From the NCBI GenBank assembly GCA_964016885.1, contig OZ024744.1, positions 26,598,001 through 26,662,000 on the forward strand: a stretch of 64,000 nt of DNA, written 5' to 3'. Positions 47,728-63,440 of the stretch are shown one piece after another. How positions within the stretch are numbered: the first letter of the stretch is position 1; the number at the start of each line of letters is the position of its first letter. The stretch comes from Eledone cirrhosa. Lineage: Eukaryota. Made by a program: the position numbers and the translations under genes. The notes below the pieces were generated by a model, which ran no database searches, was not told the DNA's origin, and saw only the letters and a program-made list of their open reading frames with translations.

Positions 47728-50700
47728 TGTTTCTTTATTAGCCACAGGGGCACAAAAGAGGGGACAAATACAAAGGGCGAAGTTTACATACAATAAAAAC
47801 GTGTAAAATATTATCACAAATGCAATTTAAAAAATTAGTCGATTTTCCCCAATAGAGGGAGACAGTTCATATGGATAACACATACCCCCGAAAAAATGTG
47901 CAACGCTCATCTCCAGGAGTACGAAGAGTTTGTACTCCTTTCCTCTCCTCCTCCTTTTCCTCAACCTACAGGCTGATATAGAGAGAAGGCCCATTCATTC
48001 GGGCCATTCTTGCCACTTTCTCCCACCTTTCATAAAACTTGCTGGGGTACAGCACCTCTCTCTCCATCCTGATTCTTCTTCCAAAGTGGTATTTGAAAAA
48101 AAGAATCAGTTGTTGGCCGGAGAGAAAGGTGTCTGATCTCAGCCCTTTCAACCTTGTCAACCATACAACCTCTTTCGCCATAGATATCACACAAAGGAAA
48201 ACCGCCTCTCCCTCGTTTTAGAAGGAAGGTGGCAGTTTGATCATGACAATGGACTCGGTGGTCAACCGGATTGGTCCCACCCGCAACAATAGTCGTTCTA
48301 CATAGCCCTACATGTCGGTAACGCCCGGGCAGTGTAGAAATGCGTGCGCGACGGTTTGCTCGTCGCGCACGCATCTCGGACAGATCTTTTTCGAAGGGTC
48401 CCTACCCGGGCGCCCGTGTCTGTAGAGCTTGTCTCGAACTGGTAGAGCTCCTCGGTAGCACTGCCAGGCCAGGGAATTTTGGAAGTTGTCCATTGGTCCC
48501 GGGCGGAAGGTCCTACCGAACAGACTGGCCAGTTCGTCCTCCTCTACGCCTAGAGTTTCTCCGAGCGTGTCGTCGCACTTGCTGCGGATGAACCCTCTAT
48601 AGAATGTCGAAGTGGAGTCGCCACTGATCGCCTGGTCCGTTTGCCAGAGGACTGTGAGCGCCTGACCACATTCGATGTACCAGTCGCCCATTTTCCTCGG
48701 TCTTTGGTTGACCCAGGACTGCAGCTCCGTCAGCGAGACGAGTCGTGGGATGGCTCGCTCACGAACGGGGCCCACACCGGTTGTCTGGTGAGGAATACGT
48801 GGAGGTGTCGCAGCATGAGCGCTTGTTTGCGCATCGTCAGCCACGGCATCCCCAGCCCTCCGTTAGAAGGGTGTTGGCAGCAGATGGATCTTCTCAAGAA
48901 AGGAGCCCGTTTCTTCCAAAGGAATTGGAAGAGCGGACGCTCCATTCTGGTGAGCGTTTTGGCTGGACAAGGCACGACGGTCAAGCGGTAGTTGATGACG
49001 GACGCTATAAAAGTGTTTGCCACCTCCGCTCGACATTTCAAGGATTGTATGCACTAGGCCCACTTCTGCGTGAGTGCAAACACCTTGGCCGTTACCTCGT
49101 TCCAGTTATTCTACACCTGGCGGTCCGGACCAAACCAGACACCGAGCAGCTTTACCGGTCCTTCCGTCCAGCGTCCGACGACGCCATCGGAAGCATCGGT
49201 TTGCCTCTCCACGTTCCGAATTGCAAACCGATGGATTTGTCCCGGTTCAACTTCGCTTCTGTGAACCTTTCGTATTCCACCAGTAAGGTGCCAAACTCCC
49301 CGATTTGCGAGGTTGTCGACACCATTACTATAACGTCGTCGGCCGACGCCGCTTTTCGCAGTCCCGGTTCCAGAGTAATGCCCTGCAATAGCTCCAACTT
49401 CCGCAGTAGTGGCTCGAGAGTCAGTACGTACAGAAGGGAGGAGAGAGTGCATCCCTATCTGATGGATCGCGTGATATGGAACGGTTCCGAGAGGTAGCCG
49501 TTCACCTTGACCCTTGAGCAGATGTTGCTGATGTGCATTGCAGTAATCCAGCCCCTGAACACGGGTCCGAAACCTGCCCTCTCGAGCACCACATCCAGGT
49601 AACGATGGTCAACCCTATCGAAGGCCTTAAACTGATCCAAGTTGATCAGGGCCCCACCGAAGCCGGGTTTACACCCTACGCTCTCTATGATGTATCGCAT
49701 GAGGTGGAGGTTGTCGTGTATGGACCTGGTCGGGATTGCGCACGTCTGCGCTTCTTCCACCAGGTTTTCGACGACAAGCGCCAACACCTTGGCCAAAATC
49801 TGTAACTCTATATTGAGCATAGTTATGGGCCGGAATTTGCCTATGTCATCCCCCTTATTCTCGTCCTTCCTGACTAACGTGACTACGCCCTCGGTCACAG
49901 AACTGGTAATTCTCCCGTTCTGCTGCCAATTGCAGTAGACCGCTTCCAGGAGATCGGAGAACAAGTCCTGCATTGCTACGTAAAATTCGTAGGGTAGACC
50001 GTCGAGACCTGGAGATTTGCGTTTGCCGCATTGGCTCACCGCGTCCCCCATCTCAACGGCCGAAATCGGACTTTCGCAGAACTTCGCCTCGCTGTCCGAG
50101 AGTCGCGGTAGGCCGTCGAGGTATGGACCGAAATCCATAGCCCTCCCAGCGCACCGCCCTGCCCGAAACGTTGAGCAAAGTGCCGCTGAAAGGCCACGCA
50201 CATCTGCTTCGGCTCACGTATCATGCGTCCGTCTTGGTCCTTCAAAGACCGAATCGTGGACTTGTTGCCACTTTTCGCCTCCGTCCCTCGGGCCCAGCTA
50301 ACAGCTTTGGCTCCCTCGTTTCCCAGAGCACGTATTTTGCTTCTGACAACGCAGCCTTCATGCTTTGCGTCGAAGAACTGGTCCAAGGCCGTTCTCGTCG
50401 CTAGCACGCTGGCTACGTTGCCACTCCTAAGTGCCTCTTCTACTTTATCTACCTGTTCCTTTTCGATCTTATTTTTATCTAAAACTAATTCTTTACCAAA
50501 ACCTAATCTAACTGGGTATCTAATCTAACTGCCCTCTTGAGAGAGTACCACCATCTGTTGTTGACAATGATCCCCGTCACGTGCTGTTTAACTAAAGTGC
50601 TTATCCGTCTACTGTAGGCTTTGCATGTCGGTAACGTCAAGTTTAGCTTTAAGTTGCTGGGTCCCTGTCTATGGGTTTTGTCAATGTTGCTAAGCAGGTC

Positions 50701-51095
50701 ACTAATTTGTGATCTGAATAGGCAACCACGAACATTTATGGACAGCTTAACATGTCCCTACCCTTCTTTCTAACTAGTACCCTATCTAGGTACGATCTAG
50801 ATGTTCCGCTGAGATTAGTCCACGGCCACAGTGGTACAGTCGGAAAATCTAGTCGATATCTATTGGCCAGGTCAAATCGGCGGATTAACTGTTTGAGGCT
50901 GTTACACCCTCCTCTATTGGGACATGCTCCCACATAGTCCCAACGTGCATCTAGGATTCCATTCCAGTCCCCCACTAACAGCAGGGAGCGAGACGTTCCC
51001 AGAAAAGTCTCTAGACGTTTGAAGAAGTCTGGCCGGGGTGTCTCGGATGGGGCATATGCGGCCACCAACCTGAAGGCTCCACCTTCACTACCGTC
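47728..51095 (-). mobile_element. Tx1-like LINE copy E (5'-truncated within EN), flanked by (GATA)n on both sides
   Basis: VAAYAP, VGDWN, SRSYLDR, RT motifs, CPRC..H..C. Confidence 0.88.
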
Positions 51096-51099
51096 AACG

Positions 51100-54805
<3,706 letters not shown>

Positions 54806-55123
54806 AGATAGATAGATAGATAGATTAAGAACAAGAGAAAGAAAGAAATGAAAGAAAGTGAAAAGTAAATTTAATTTTTATTTAATACAATTTCTTAAAT
54901 TACTTGCCGGGGGCCATCTTGATATCAACGACTCATCATATGAGATTAGAGAATACAGTGTGTTAAAAACAATGGAAAACACATAGTCATACACACACAC
55001 ATATATATATATATATATAATCATATATATATATGTGTATATGTGCATGTATATATACATGTGTTTTTGAGTGTATAGATATATACATATTTACACACTT
55101 ACATACTTATATATATATATATA

Positions 55124-55160
<37 letters not shown>

Positions 55161-55366
55161 AGTAAATATGTTTTGAAACAGTGAGCAGGTTTGAAATTAG
55201 AAAATAGGATAGCTTTCACCGTTTTTTTTTTACTAAAGAAATTTTAGTCTGATAATGGGGTTTAGAACCCTCAGATAAATGGAAAAAGATTAGTATTGAC
55301 GTACATGTACTTCAATACTCATCCTTTTTCCATTTATCTGAGGGTTCTAAACCCCATTATCAGACT

Positions 55367-55548
55367 GGATTGGCAGTATCGGTAGAGGGTCAGACACCAT
55401 GCTTTCCAGCATAGTTACGTCCCTTTACGATCTGAGTTCAAATCCCGCCGAGGTTGACTTTGCCTTTCATCCTTACGAGGTCGATAAAATAAAGTACCAG
55501 TAATGCACTGGGATAATTGATGGCGTTGTGCCAAAAGTAGAAACAATT
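55367..55548 (+). mobile_element. tRNA-headed SINE with 11-bp TSD, inserted in one arm of an inverted repeat
   Basis: attatcagact at 55356-55366 and 55546-55556. Confidence 0.9.
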
Positions 55549-55592
55549 ATCAGACTAAAATTTCTTTAGTAAAAAAATAAGGTGAAAGCTAT

Positions 55593-55673
<81 letters not shown>

Positions 55674-55817
55674 GTATGACTGTGTTATTCATTGTTTTTA
55701 ACACACTGTATTCTCTAATCTCATATGTTGAGTCGTTGATATCAAAATGCATTTCGATGTTAAAATTTTACTTATACCCTTGCAGGATTCATTATTAATT
55801 TATTTGCCTATTTAACT

Positions 55818-55856
55818 GCCTCAGACGAGCCCCATTGGGCGAAACATATGTAAGAG
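55818..55856 (+). ncRNA. Minimal hammerhead with CAGACGA core; weak stem I
   Basis: ct CAGACGA gccc catt gggc GAAA catatg TA ag. Confidence 0.55.
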
Positions 55857-56097
55857 ATTTTTTATAAATGTGTTTTAACGGCTTGCTTCTCTTTCATCAA
55901 TTTTTTAGATTATAATTGCTCTGCTTAACTTCGTACACTAAATATTAACGCCTCTAATATTTAACCCTGTTTACATAAGCATCGAATCTTTTGGCAAATA
56001 ATCCTCTGTATCGTTTCTCTTTTACCTCATCTCTCTATCTTCTCTCACGATACTGTAACTTTGTATATATATATATATATACATGTTTCTATGTGTG

Positions 56098-56159
<62 letters not shown>

Positions 56160-56347
56160 AGTATTGAAGTTTGCTTGAAGCATTGTGGAATAATAGGTAA
56201 AAATCTTTAAGTCGTTTCGAAGCCTCGACAATGCAAATGGGTAAATCTCCGGGTAACAAGATCCGGTGGTGGAGAGAGAAATGTAAGTGGGTGTACGTTG
56301 AGATGCGTGGCGTGTATAAGACGTGTAGAGGAATGAAGGAAAGAGTA

Positions 56348-58284
56348 TCTATATATATGAAACAGAGGATGTGTGTTTGCCTGTGCGTGTGTGGATGCTA
56401 CATTATTCGAGGATGGCGTCTACACCGCTCGCCCGATCTCGCTCAAATTTGCATACATCACTCCTCATGACCCTTTACATTGCTTAGGCTACTTTGTTTT
56501 TTGATAGGTGTCCCCCCCCCCCCCCTAGGGGCCCGCAATCCACCTTTTTGTCTATTTTGGGTGAAATCGGGAGATGAGGTTGCATGTTATGCACGCGTGA
56601 AAGATTTTTCCTTTTTAGTTTTTTGACCCAGTTTTTTGCTAATATGGGTAGAAAAGAGTCTAAATTTTGTTGACGTGCTCGAATCATTTCGAAATTCGGT
56701 CGAGAGTGAAGCTCGAGGTCGAATCTCCACTTCGTATATAGAGAGACAGGAATAACAGGTCTTATAGTAACATTACCTTCCCCTTCCCCCTTCTTTAGAG
56801 AGAGAGAGAGAGGAAGATAGAGAGAGAAGTTTTGGGTGTCACAGAAATATTACATTCCCCTCTCCACTTTGGTCAGTGAGCGAACCACTGTTGCTATAGT
56901 AACATTACCTTCCCCCTCCCCCTTCTTTATTGAACGAGGAATATAGAGAGAGACGTTGTTGGTGCTACAGTAACATTACCTTCCCCTCTCCACTTACTTT
57001 GGTCTTTGAGACCGAGGGAACCACTGTTGCTATAGTTACAGCTTCACGTGACACAAACCAGTTCCTGCCAGTTCTGACCACCTGGCACCAGTTGAGTCAG
57101 TTTTTGTTTTCATTCGGTCGAGAAGTGGACAAATTTTCGCCTTGAACAAAAAAAAAATTTCCTGGATGGCTGGAGGTTACAGCTTTTATTCTCTTTTGAC
57201 AAGACTGCTATCAAAAAATTCTGCAGACTCTTATCGTTGATTTGAGTGGCCTGCAAAGCATTGGTTTTCAAACGCTACACTTGCTACTTGGTTACGCTAC
57301 TGTGTAGACGTGTGCTTCACTCTCACTGCATTACATTTTGTGACCTCGCTTTCGGACTTTGCCATTCCCAGTACGTTTTTTGTTTACTTTTTTCTTGCTT
57401 AAAAGTGTAACAATTTGTTACTTTTTTTTACCTTCCCCAAAATGCTGCTTATCACCTTCGCTTTTTTGCCTTTGCTCTAAACCTGCTTCCCCTTTACTGT
57501 TTACTGTACTATTGCAACCATGCCACTGAAAAGAAAGAGTACCCTTAGCCGTAGGAAAACATCGTCTGTTGTTTCATAAAAGAGGCGATTGAATGAGCAG
57601 TCTACGGATGCTGGACTGCATTTTTGACCACACACCCCTGTTACTTCGCTTTCAAACTTAAGTACCCCTAGCACAGCCCAACCCAGCGCCACTCTATCTA
57701 CGGTTACCGCTTCGAATCGTACCATTCGTAATTGTCGGAATGCAGTTGCAACAGCCACCTCTAGGGCAGCAGACAGTGACAGCCAAAGAGCTCTTCGTAG
57801 GGCTAGGAATGCTGCAACTACTGCTGCTGCAAGGGCCTCCGAAACTAAACAGCAAACAGCCACCAGACGGTCAAAGAACGCTGCTTCAACCGCCGCCTCC
57901 CGTGCCGCAGAAACCGACCAGGAGACAGCCATCCGAAGGTCCAAGGACTACGCCTCCAAGGCAGCTGCCAGATCATCCCAGACCGAGATACAGACAGCCA
58001 TCCGAAGGTCCAAGGACTCCGCCTCCACCGCAGCTGCCAGAGCATCCCAGACCGAGATACAAACAGCCATCCGAAGGTCCCAGAACGCTGTATCCACCGC
58101 CGCCTCCCGTGCCGCAGAACATCAAACAGCCCGCCGTGCTCGGTTGGTCACAATTCTATTATCATTACAACTTTGACATATTTTATGTAAAATGAATATG
58201 AGAAAAAAAAATTCTTCATATTTATTGTTTCCTAATCTGAATAAAAACAGCAGTAACGCGGACAAGGCCGGGTCATTCAGCTAG
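56348..58284 (+). mobile_element. Helitron, 1937 bp, non-autonomous
   Basis: a|TC...CTAG|t with no TSD; the empty site gaaagagta|taaaggataaaa is present in the paralogous repeat at ~59662-59682. Confidence 0.9.
57520..58145 (+). pseudogene. Decayed Helitron-borne ORF with ~22-aa repeats
   Basis: MPLKRKSTLSRRK..., two in-frame stops, then RNAAxTAAxRAxETxQxTAxRRSK repeats resembling Helitron RepHel N-termini (from memory). Confidence 0.45.
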
Positions 58285-58561
58285 TAAAGGATAAAATTAA
58301 AATAACTCGAGAGAGAGTTACCTTGGGAGAGATTTAATTGTCCCTATATATTTCGGATTCACATCCATCAACTGGGTTTTTTTTCCGGGGTGGGGGAAAG
58401 GTTATCTGTCGGAAAGTTGCGAAACGCGTCCTCCGCTGTTTGTTGTTTTGAATATCTGAGGTATTCAGCAGAGCGCGCATGCGCGTGAAATGGGGTCGGT
58501 CGGGCAGAGGTCAGCGGCCGAAGTAGTTCTTTCAATTGTGGGAGTGGGGTGGCCCTAGCTG

Positions 58562-59554
58562 TCAGTCCATTCTCTGCCTGTTTGTTAAATGTTGCTGTGT
58601 CTGTGTGTGCGTGTGTTTGTGAAGTATATCCGAGATGGAGTGTTTTAGCCTGATGAGTTTAGTGTCGAGTTCGTGGTTGGTGGGTGGGGGGTGGAGTGGG
58701 TTGTCGGGGTGGTAAGTGGGGAACCTGGGGTGGGTTGCGTGGGCGCTGTTATTTTCTGTGGCGCTATTGATGGCGGTCACCCATTTAAGTTGGTAAGCGG
58801 CTCGACAAAAGTTGGCCTCGATGTTGAGGTTGAGTCTCTCATCGAGACGTTGTGAGACGATGAACTTGGGTCCGAGGGGTAGGAGTTTCAGCTCGTCGCT
58901 TGTGAGAGTGCCGGTTAGGTCGGTGACCAGGTGCGTCGCATCGTTGAGGTGTGGCTCGGTGTTGGTGGATCCGGCGGTGGCGGTTGTTAAGTTGTTCTTT
59001 TCCACGTGGTTCTGGTCCGTCTGTTCGTTAGTGTCGATGTTCTCGTTGTGGCGTTTCGACAAGATCCACTCATATTTTCGCTTGAGCCGTTTTTTCTCGT
59101 ATTGGAGTCTGGAGTGGTAGCACTGGTCGATTGCTTTAGTGATTTTCAGGAGCAAGTCCCCGGGTGCTATTGACAGTCGATGTGTCCGCTCTGAGAGTGT
59201 CCGCTCTGAGAGTGTCCGCTTATGGACGTGTAATTGGCGGTTGAAATGTCTCAGGATCTGTTTAATACACGTGCGATGTATGCGGTTAGTGGTGTTTTGG
59301 AAAGCTGGTGTACGTAGGCTTACTGGTAAGCGGATGTTCTTGATGGTGTTGGGGATGACATCGTTTTTTAGGCAGCGTTTCAGGAAAATAATTTGACAGC
59401 CAGCATTGGCCCATTTCTCCGACAGTCTAAACAGTTCCCTTATGGATGCAAACAATTCCTGGCTCAGGTGTAAGGATAAGAGTGTATTGAAGTTTGCTTG
59501 AAGCATTGTGGAATAATAGGTAAAAATCTTTAAGTCGTTTGGAAGCCTCGACAA
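58562..59554 (-). CDS. N-terminal part of a Penelope-like ORF (RT and GIY-YIG absent)
   Basis: 330 aa; FLKRCLKNDVIP and VTDLTGTLTSDELKLLPLGPKF match the PLE pre-RT motifs FL..C....IP and V.NLS...LT..E..LL..G.KF. Confidence 0.7.
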   Translation of the reverse strand: MSRLPNDLKIFTYYSTMLQANFNTLLSLHLSQELFASIRELFRLSEKWANAGCQIIFLKRCLKNDVIPNTIKNIRLPVSLRTPAFQNTTNRIHRTCIKQILRHFNRQLHVHKRTLSERTLSERTHRLSIAPGDLLLKITKAIDQCYHSRLQYEKKRLKRKYEWILSKRHNENIDTNEQTDQNHVEKNNLTTATAGSTNTEPHLNDATHLVTDLTGTLTSDELKLLPLGPKFIVSQRLDERLNLNIEANFCRAAYQLKWVTAINSATENNSAHATHPRFPTYHPDNPLHPPPTNHELDTKLIRLKHSISDILHKHTHTQTQQHLTNRQRMD

Positions 59555-59815
59555 TGCAAATGGGTAAATCTCCGGGTAACAAGATCCGGTGATGGAGAGA
59601 GAGATGTAAGTGGGTGTACGTTGAGATGCGTGGCGTGTATAAGACGTGTAGAGAAATGAAGGAAAGAGTATAAAGGATAAAATAAAAATAACAACACGAG
59701 AGAGAGTTACCTTGGGAGAGATTTAATTGTCCCTATATATTTCGGATTCACATCCATATATATATATTATTCAGAATAATAACAAATTAAGACATTCACA
59801 TAATCAAAGTATATG

Positions 59816-59877
59816 TTTTATTATATATATTTCGGAGGGACTGTGCTGTTTTTTCAGTACGTCCTCGTCAGATAAAA
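59816..59877 (-). ncRNA. Type I hammerhead ribozyme, canonical core (left arm of inverted repeat)
   Basis: Minus: ttttat CTGACGA ggacgtactg..cagtccctcc GAAA tatata TA ataaaa. Confidence 0.8.
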
Positions 59878-59989
59878 TACATGAATTGATGTATGACATA
59901 CCTCAACTGTCTTGATAGTTCAATTCCACTGCCAATACTGGAATTGAACCATCAAGATCGTTGAGGTATGTCATACAACAATTCATGTA

Positions 59990-60051
59990 TTTTATCTGAC
60001 GAGAACGTACTGAAAAAACAGCACAGTACCTTCGAAATATATATAATAAAA
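59990..60051 (+). ncRNA. Type I hammerhead ribozyme, canonical core (right arm of inverted repeat)
   Basis: ttttat CTGACGA gaacgtactg aaaaaacagca cagtaccttc GAAA tatata TA ataaaa; stem I 6 bp, stem II 9/10 bp. Confidence 0.85.
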
Positions 60052-60467
60052 CATATACTTTGATTATGTGAATGTCTTAATTTGTTATTATTCTGAATAA
60101 TAATAACTCCAGAAAACTTTCTTGTAGAGTGCTTTTAATCTATTGTACAACTATATTCATTGAGTAATCAATGAATCATATTAATCTTTGGTTATATATA
60201 TATATATATATATATACATATGCATACATATATGTACATATATTTAAATATATATTTCACAGACATGTACATACAGTAGTTATGAATATATTACATATAA
60301 ATTAATATATATAAGTCTGCAAGTTTGTATGTATATACTGTATACATATATGTATTATGTATATATGCATGTATCTTTGTATGTATGTATGTATGTATGT
60401 ATGTATGTATGTATGTATGTATGTATGTATGTATGTATGTATATATATATTGTATGTATGTACGTAC

Positions 60468-60498
<31 letters not shown>

Positions 60499-60544
60499 TG
60501 TATGTATGTATGTATGTATGTATGTATGTATTGTATATCGCGTC

Positions 60545-60746
60545 GAGTCACTCTTGAGTGCTACTGGTAACATGTAACCCAGTACAACCTGTCGCATGTT
60601 CGGGTCGTCGGTGACTAAACCGGTAACCCCACCAAGTTTAGTTGGTGAGGATGGGGATTTAGGACACCCTGCAGGAAAAAAAACAAAACCTGACAAAGGA
60701 GGGAAGACCCCATACGGCCATTCAACGGCCATTCAAAAATGTATAA

Positions 60747-60840
<94 letters not shown>

Positions 60841-61110
60841 ATATGTATATATATTCGCGGGGACATAGAAATAGTCGGGCTGGATACCCGATCGTGCGGT
60901 TAGCCACTGCGAGTGAAGGAGCCCTAGCCTTTGTCAGGGCATTCTTCTAGAAGGGAACTCAGGAAACTGGGATAACTCCGATATAAAACCTGCGGCTCAG
61001 TAGTTACCGATGATGTTGATCTTTTCTTCTATTCGGGTTATAGCTACTGTCACTCAGAGAGTGGGATTGGCTCAGTGCACAGTCTTTCCTCACTTTAAAA
61101 AATATCTTCA
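60545..61110 (+). mobile_element. Probable RTE-type 5' UTR pieces split by microsatellites
   Basis: 60550-60720 is homologous to 37381-37520; 60856-61110 carries a gtcagggca..ctagaagg..aactccgatataaaacc motif. Confidence 0.45.
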
Positions 61111-61259
61111 CGCACAGGCATTGGACGATAGCATTGATTGATCATTATTAATAATGGTATATTGTGCAATAGCCATACTCGATAATGAGGGGGTAGCCAT
61201 CATGTATGGATGTATTTATGTATGTAATACATGTGATGTAGGAATTTTGTCTAAAACAG

Positions 61260-61590
61260 TTAGACCTATGTTACACCTGTAAAGTTGTCTATCATAGGTA
61301 GACCTATGCTACACCTGTGAAGTAGGAATGTTGTCTAATACAGGTAGACAAGACATATATTATACCTGTAATGTTGTCTAACAGAGGTAGACATATGTTA
61401 CAACTGTAATGTTGTCTAACAGAGGTAGACATATGTTACACCTGTAATGTTGTCTAACAGAGGTAGACATATGTTACACCTGTAATGTTGTCTAACAGAG
61501 GTAGACATATGTTACAACTGTAATGTTGTCTAACAGAGGTAGACATATGTTACACCTGTGAAGTAGGAACTTTGTCTAATACAGGTAGAC
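61260..61590. repeat. 38-bp minisatellite (gtagacatatgttacacctgtaatgttgtctaacagag), about 8 copies
   Basis: Direct reading. Confidence 0.9.
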
Positions 61591-62557
61591 AAATGAGTAA
61601 TTAGATGTAATAATATATGTACTGATATTTAATATATGAATAGTAACTAATAGAGTTAGACAAATATTTAATTAGGTGTAATACCTGTAGTGATAGGTGA
61701 TGAATAGAGTGTTAATTTAAAATCCTTAGCACTCTATACTTTGTTATTTAAAACCTCCCATGGACCACTTTGCCTTTCATCCGTTCAGGTTCGATAAATA
61801 ATTTACTCGTCTAGAACAGTGGAAATCCAGAATTGTTAGAGTCGTCGGACGTGATGCTTTGCAGTATCTCTTTAAGTCCTTTACGTTCTGAATTCTTCAG
61901 CGACCTCATAATGGCCAAGTTGTATCGGTTTTTCCATTTCCCTTGGACAACATCGAAGAGGAGAGACTGGTATACATTGGTGGTGGTTAGTCTTCTACAA
62001 AAAGACTTCACACAGACAACGTTTCGTCTTCCATAAACATAAAAATAAAAATAAAATCACATTGCCCAGGTTTACGTCTAGGAAAGGAATTTTTTTTCCA
62101 GAACGAACCCATAGTTTGTAATTTAGTTTCATATCTAGGAATGGTGACTAACACAATTAAGCAAATGGTTAGATACTTAGATACATGTGATGCTGACAAA
62201 GATATAATGTCTAGGAATGCTAATTAATAGAATTAGACAAAAGGTCAGCTCTCTGGAATAGCAATAATGGTATACTCTTTTACTCTTTTATCTTTTCCAG
62301 CTGACTGGCTGAGGCTTTGCTGGAGCACCACTTATCTAGGCATGGTGACAAATACAAGTCTACAATTAGGATATAAATTCTAGAATTACTAATTGAGAAT
62401 GTTTTCATTAAGTAGAAGGAATTTAAACTTTATTGAACCAGTTATATAATAATGAAAGTATTAAATATAACGTATTGTTCAACAGGAAGAGAGAAAAGAA
62501 AAACGGATTATAAAATTACATAATTAAATAAATATAATTATTCATAATCTAAGAATA

Positions 62558-62705
62558 GGGCCAGCAATTTAATTACTGTCCTGGTTCTTTATTTTATCGA
62601 CCCTGAAAGAATGAAAGATAAAGTTCTCCTCGGTGGGATTTGAACTGCAAATCATTTTCTCCAAATACTGCAAATCATTTCCTCCAACGGTCTAACGATT
62701 TTTAC
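62558..62705 (-). mobile_element. Old SINE copy
   Basis: ttttatcgaccctgaaagaatgaaag...ctcggtgggatttgaact. Confidence 0.7.
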
Positions 62706-63289
62706 CTATCCCCCACGATACCGTCATTACACAGATATCATTTAGTGTGGAACACTCTAGAAATTTAGGGAGTAACCCTCAATTGATATACTAAGTAAAT
62801 ATTAGTATGAAGTAACCGTTAACATACTTAGGGGATAGGTGTCGACAATGTTATGGAGTATATGTCGACAGATCTGGAGAGTATACGTAAACAATATTAA
62901 GGATTATTTGTCAGCAGCTTTAGGGAGTATGTCAATAATTTTTGGGATTATACGATGGCAATTTTAGGGATTGCATGTTAACAGGTCTAGGGAGTATAGC
63001 TTAACAGTTTTTGGGTAGTGTATTTTTGCAGTTTTCTAAAAGATATGTCAACAATGTTTTGCGGTATACGTTAACAATTTTATAAAGTATATATAAAAAG
63101 TTTTACGAAGTATATGTCAATGATTTTAGGGAAGTATATGTCAAAATTGTTAAGGAGAATATGTAGAAAAATAGCATAGAAAAGTAAATTTAGAGGGTAA
63201 CTGTAGAATAAAACTTACTGAATCAAGAAACTATTATAAAATTTATTGAATAAATGTCAGCAAATTTAGGGAGTAACAACCAACAAACA

Positions 63290-63440
63290 TACTGAGTAGA
63301 ACGTTGGATAGAATGCTTTGCAGTATTCCTACTGGCTCTCTGTTCTCTGAGTTCAAATCCCGCCGAGGTCAACTTTGCCTTTCATCCGTTCGAGGTTGAT
63401 AGAACAAAGTAACACTCTAGTATTGGAGTTGATTCTTCCC
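63290..63440 (+). mobile_element. Old SINE copy
   Basis: gagttcaaatcccgccgaggtcaactttgcctttcatcc. Confidence 0.75.

Larger units (their letters stand above)
56156..59757 (-). mobile_element. Internally deleted Penelope-like element with pLTR-type direct repeats, interrupted by a Helitron
   Basis: 59477-59757 is repeated as 56156-56347 plus 58285-58368; PLE N-terminal ORF; hammerhead-like motif at 58342-58377; (TA)n flanks. Confidence 0.75.

Noticed and set aside
55245-55285. CTGATAA-tgggg..ccct motif as a hammerhead
   Set aside because: No GAAA, stem III or stem I
57501-58195. Track ORFs 57501-57944(-) and 57740-58195(+) as genes
   Set aside because: Antisense or off-frame readings of the repeat-rich remnant that starts at 57520
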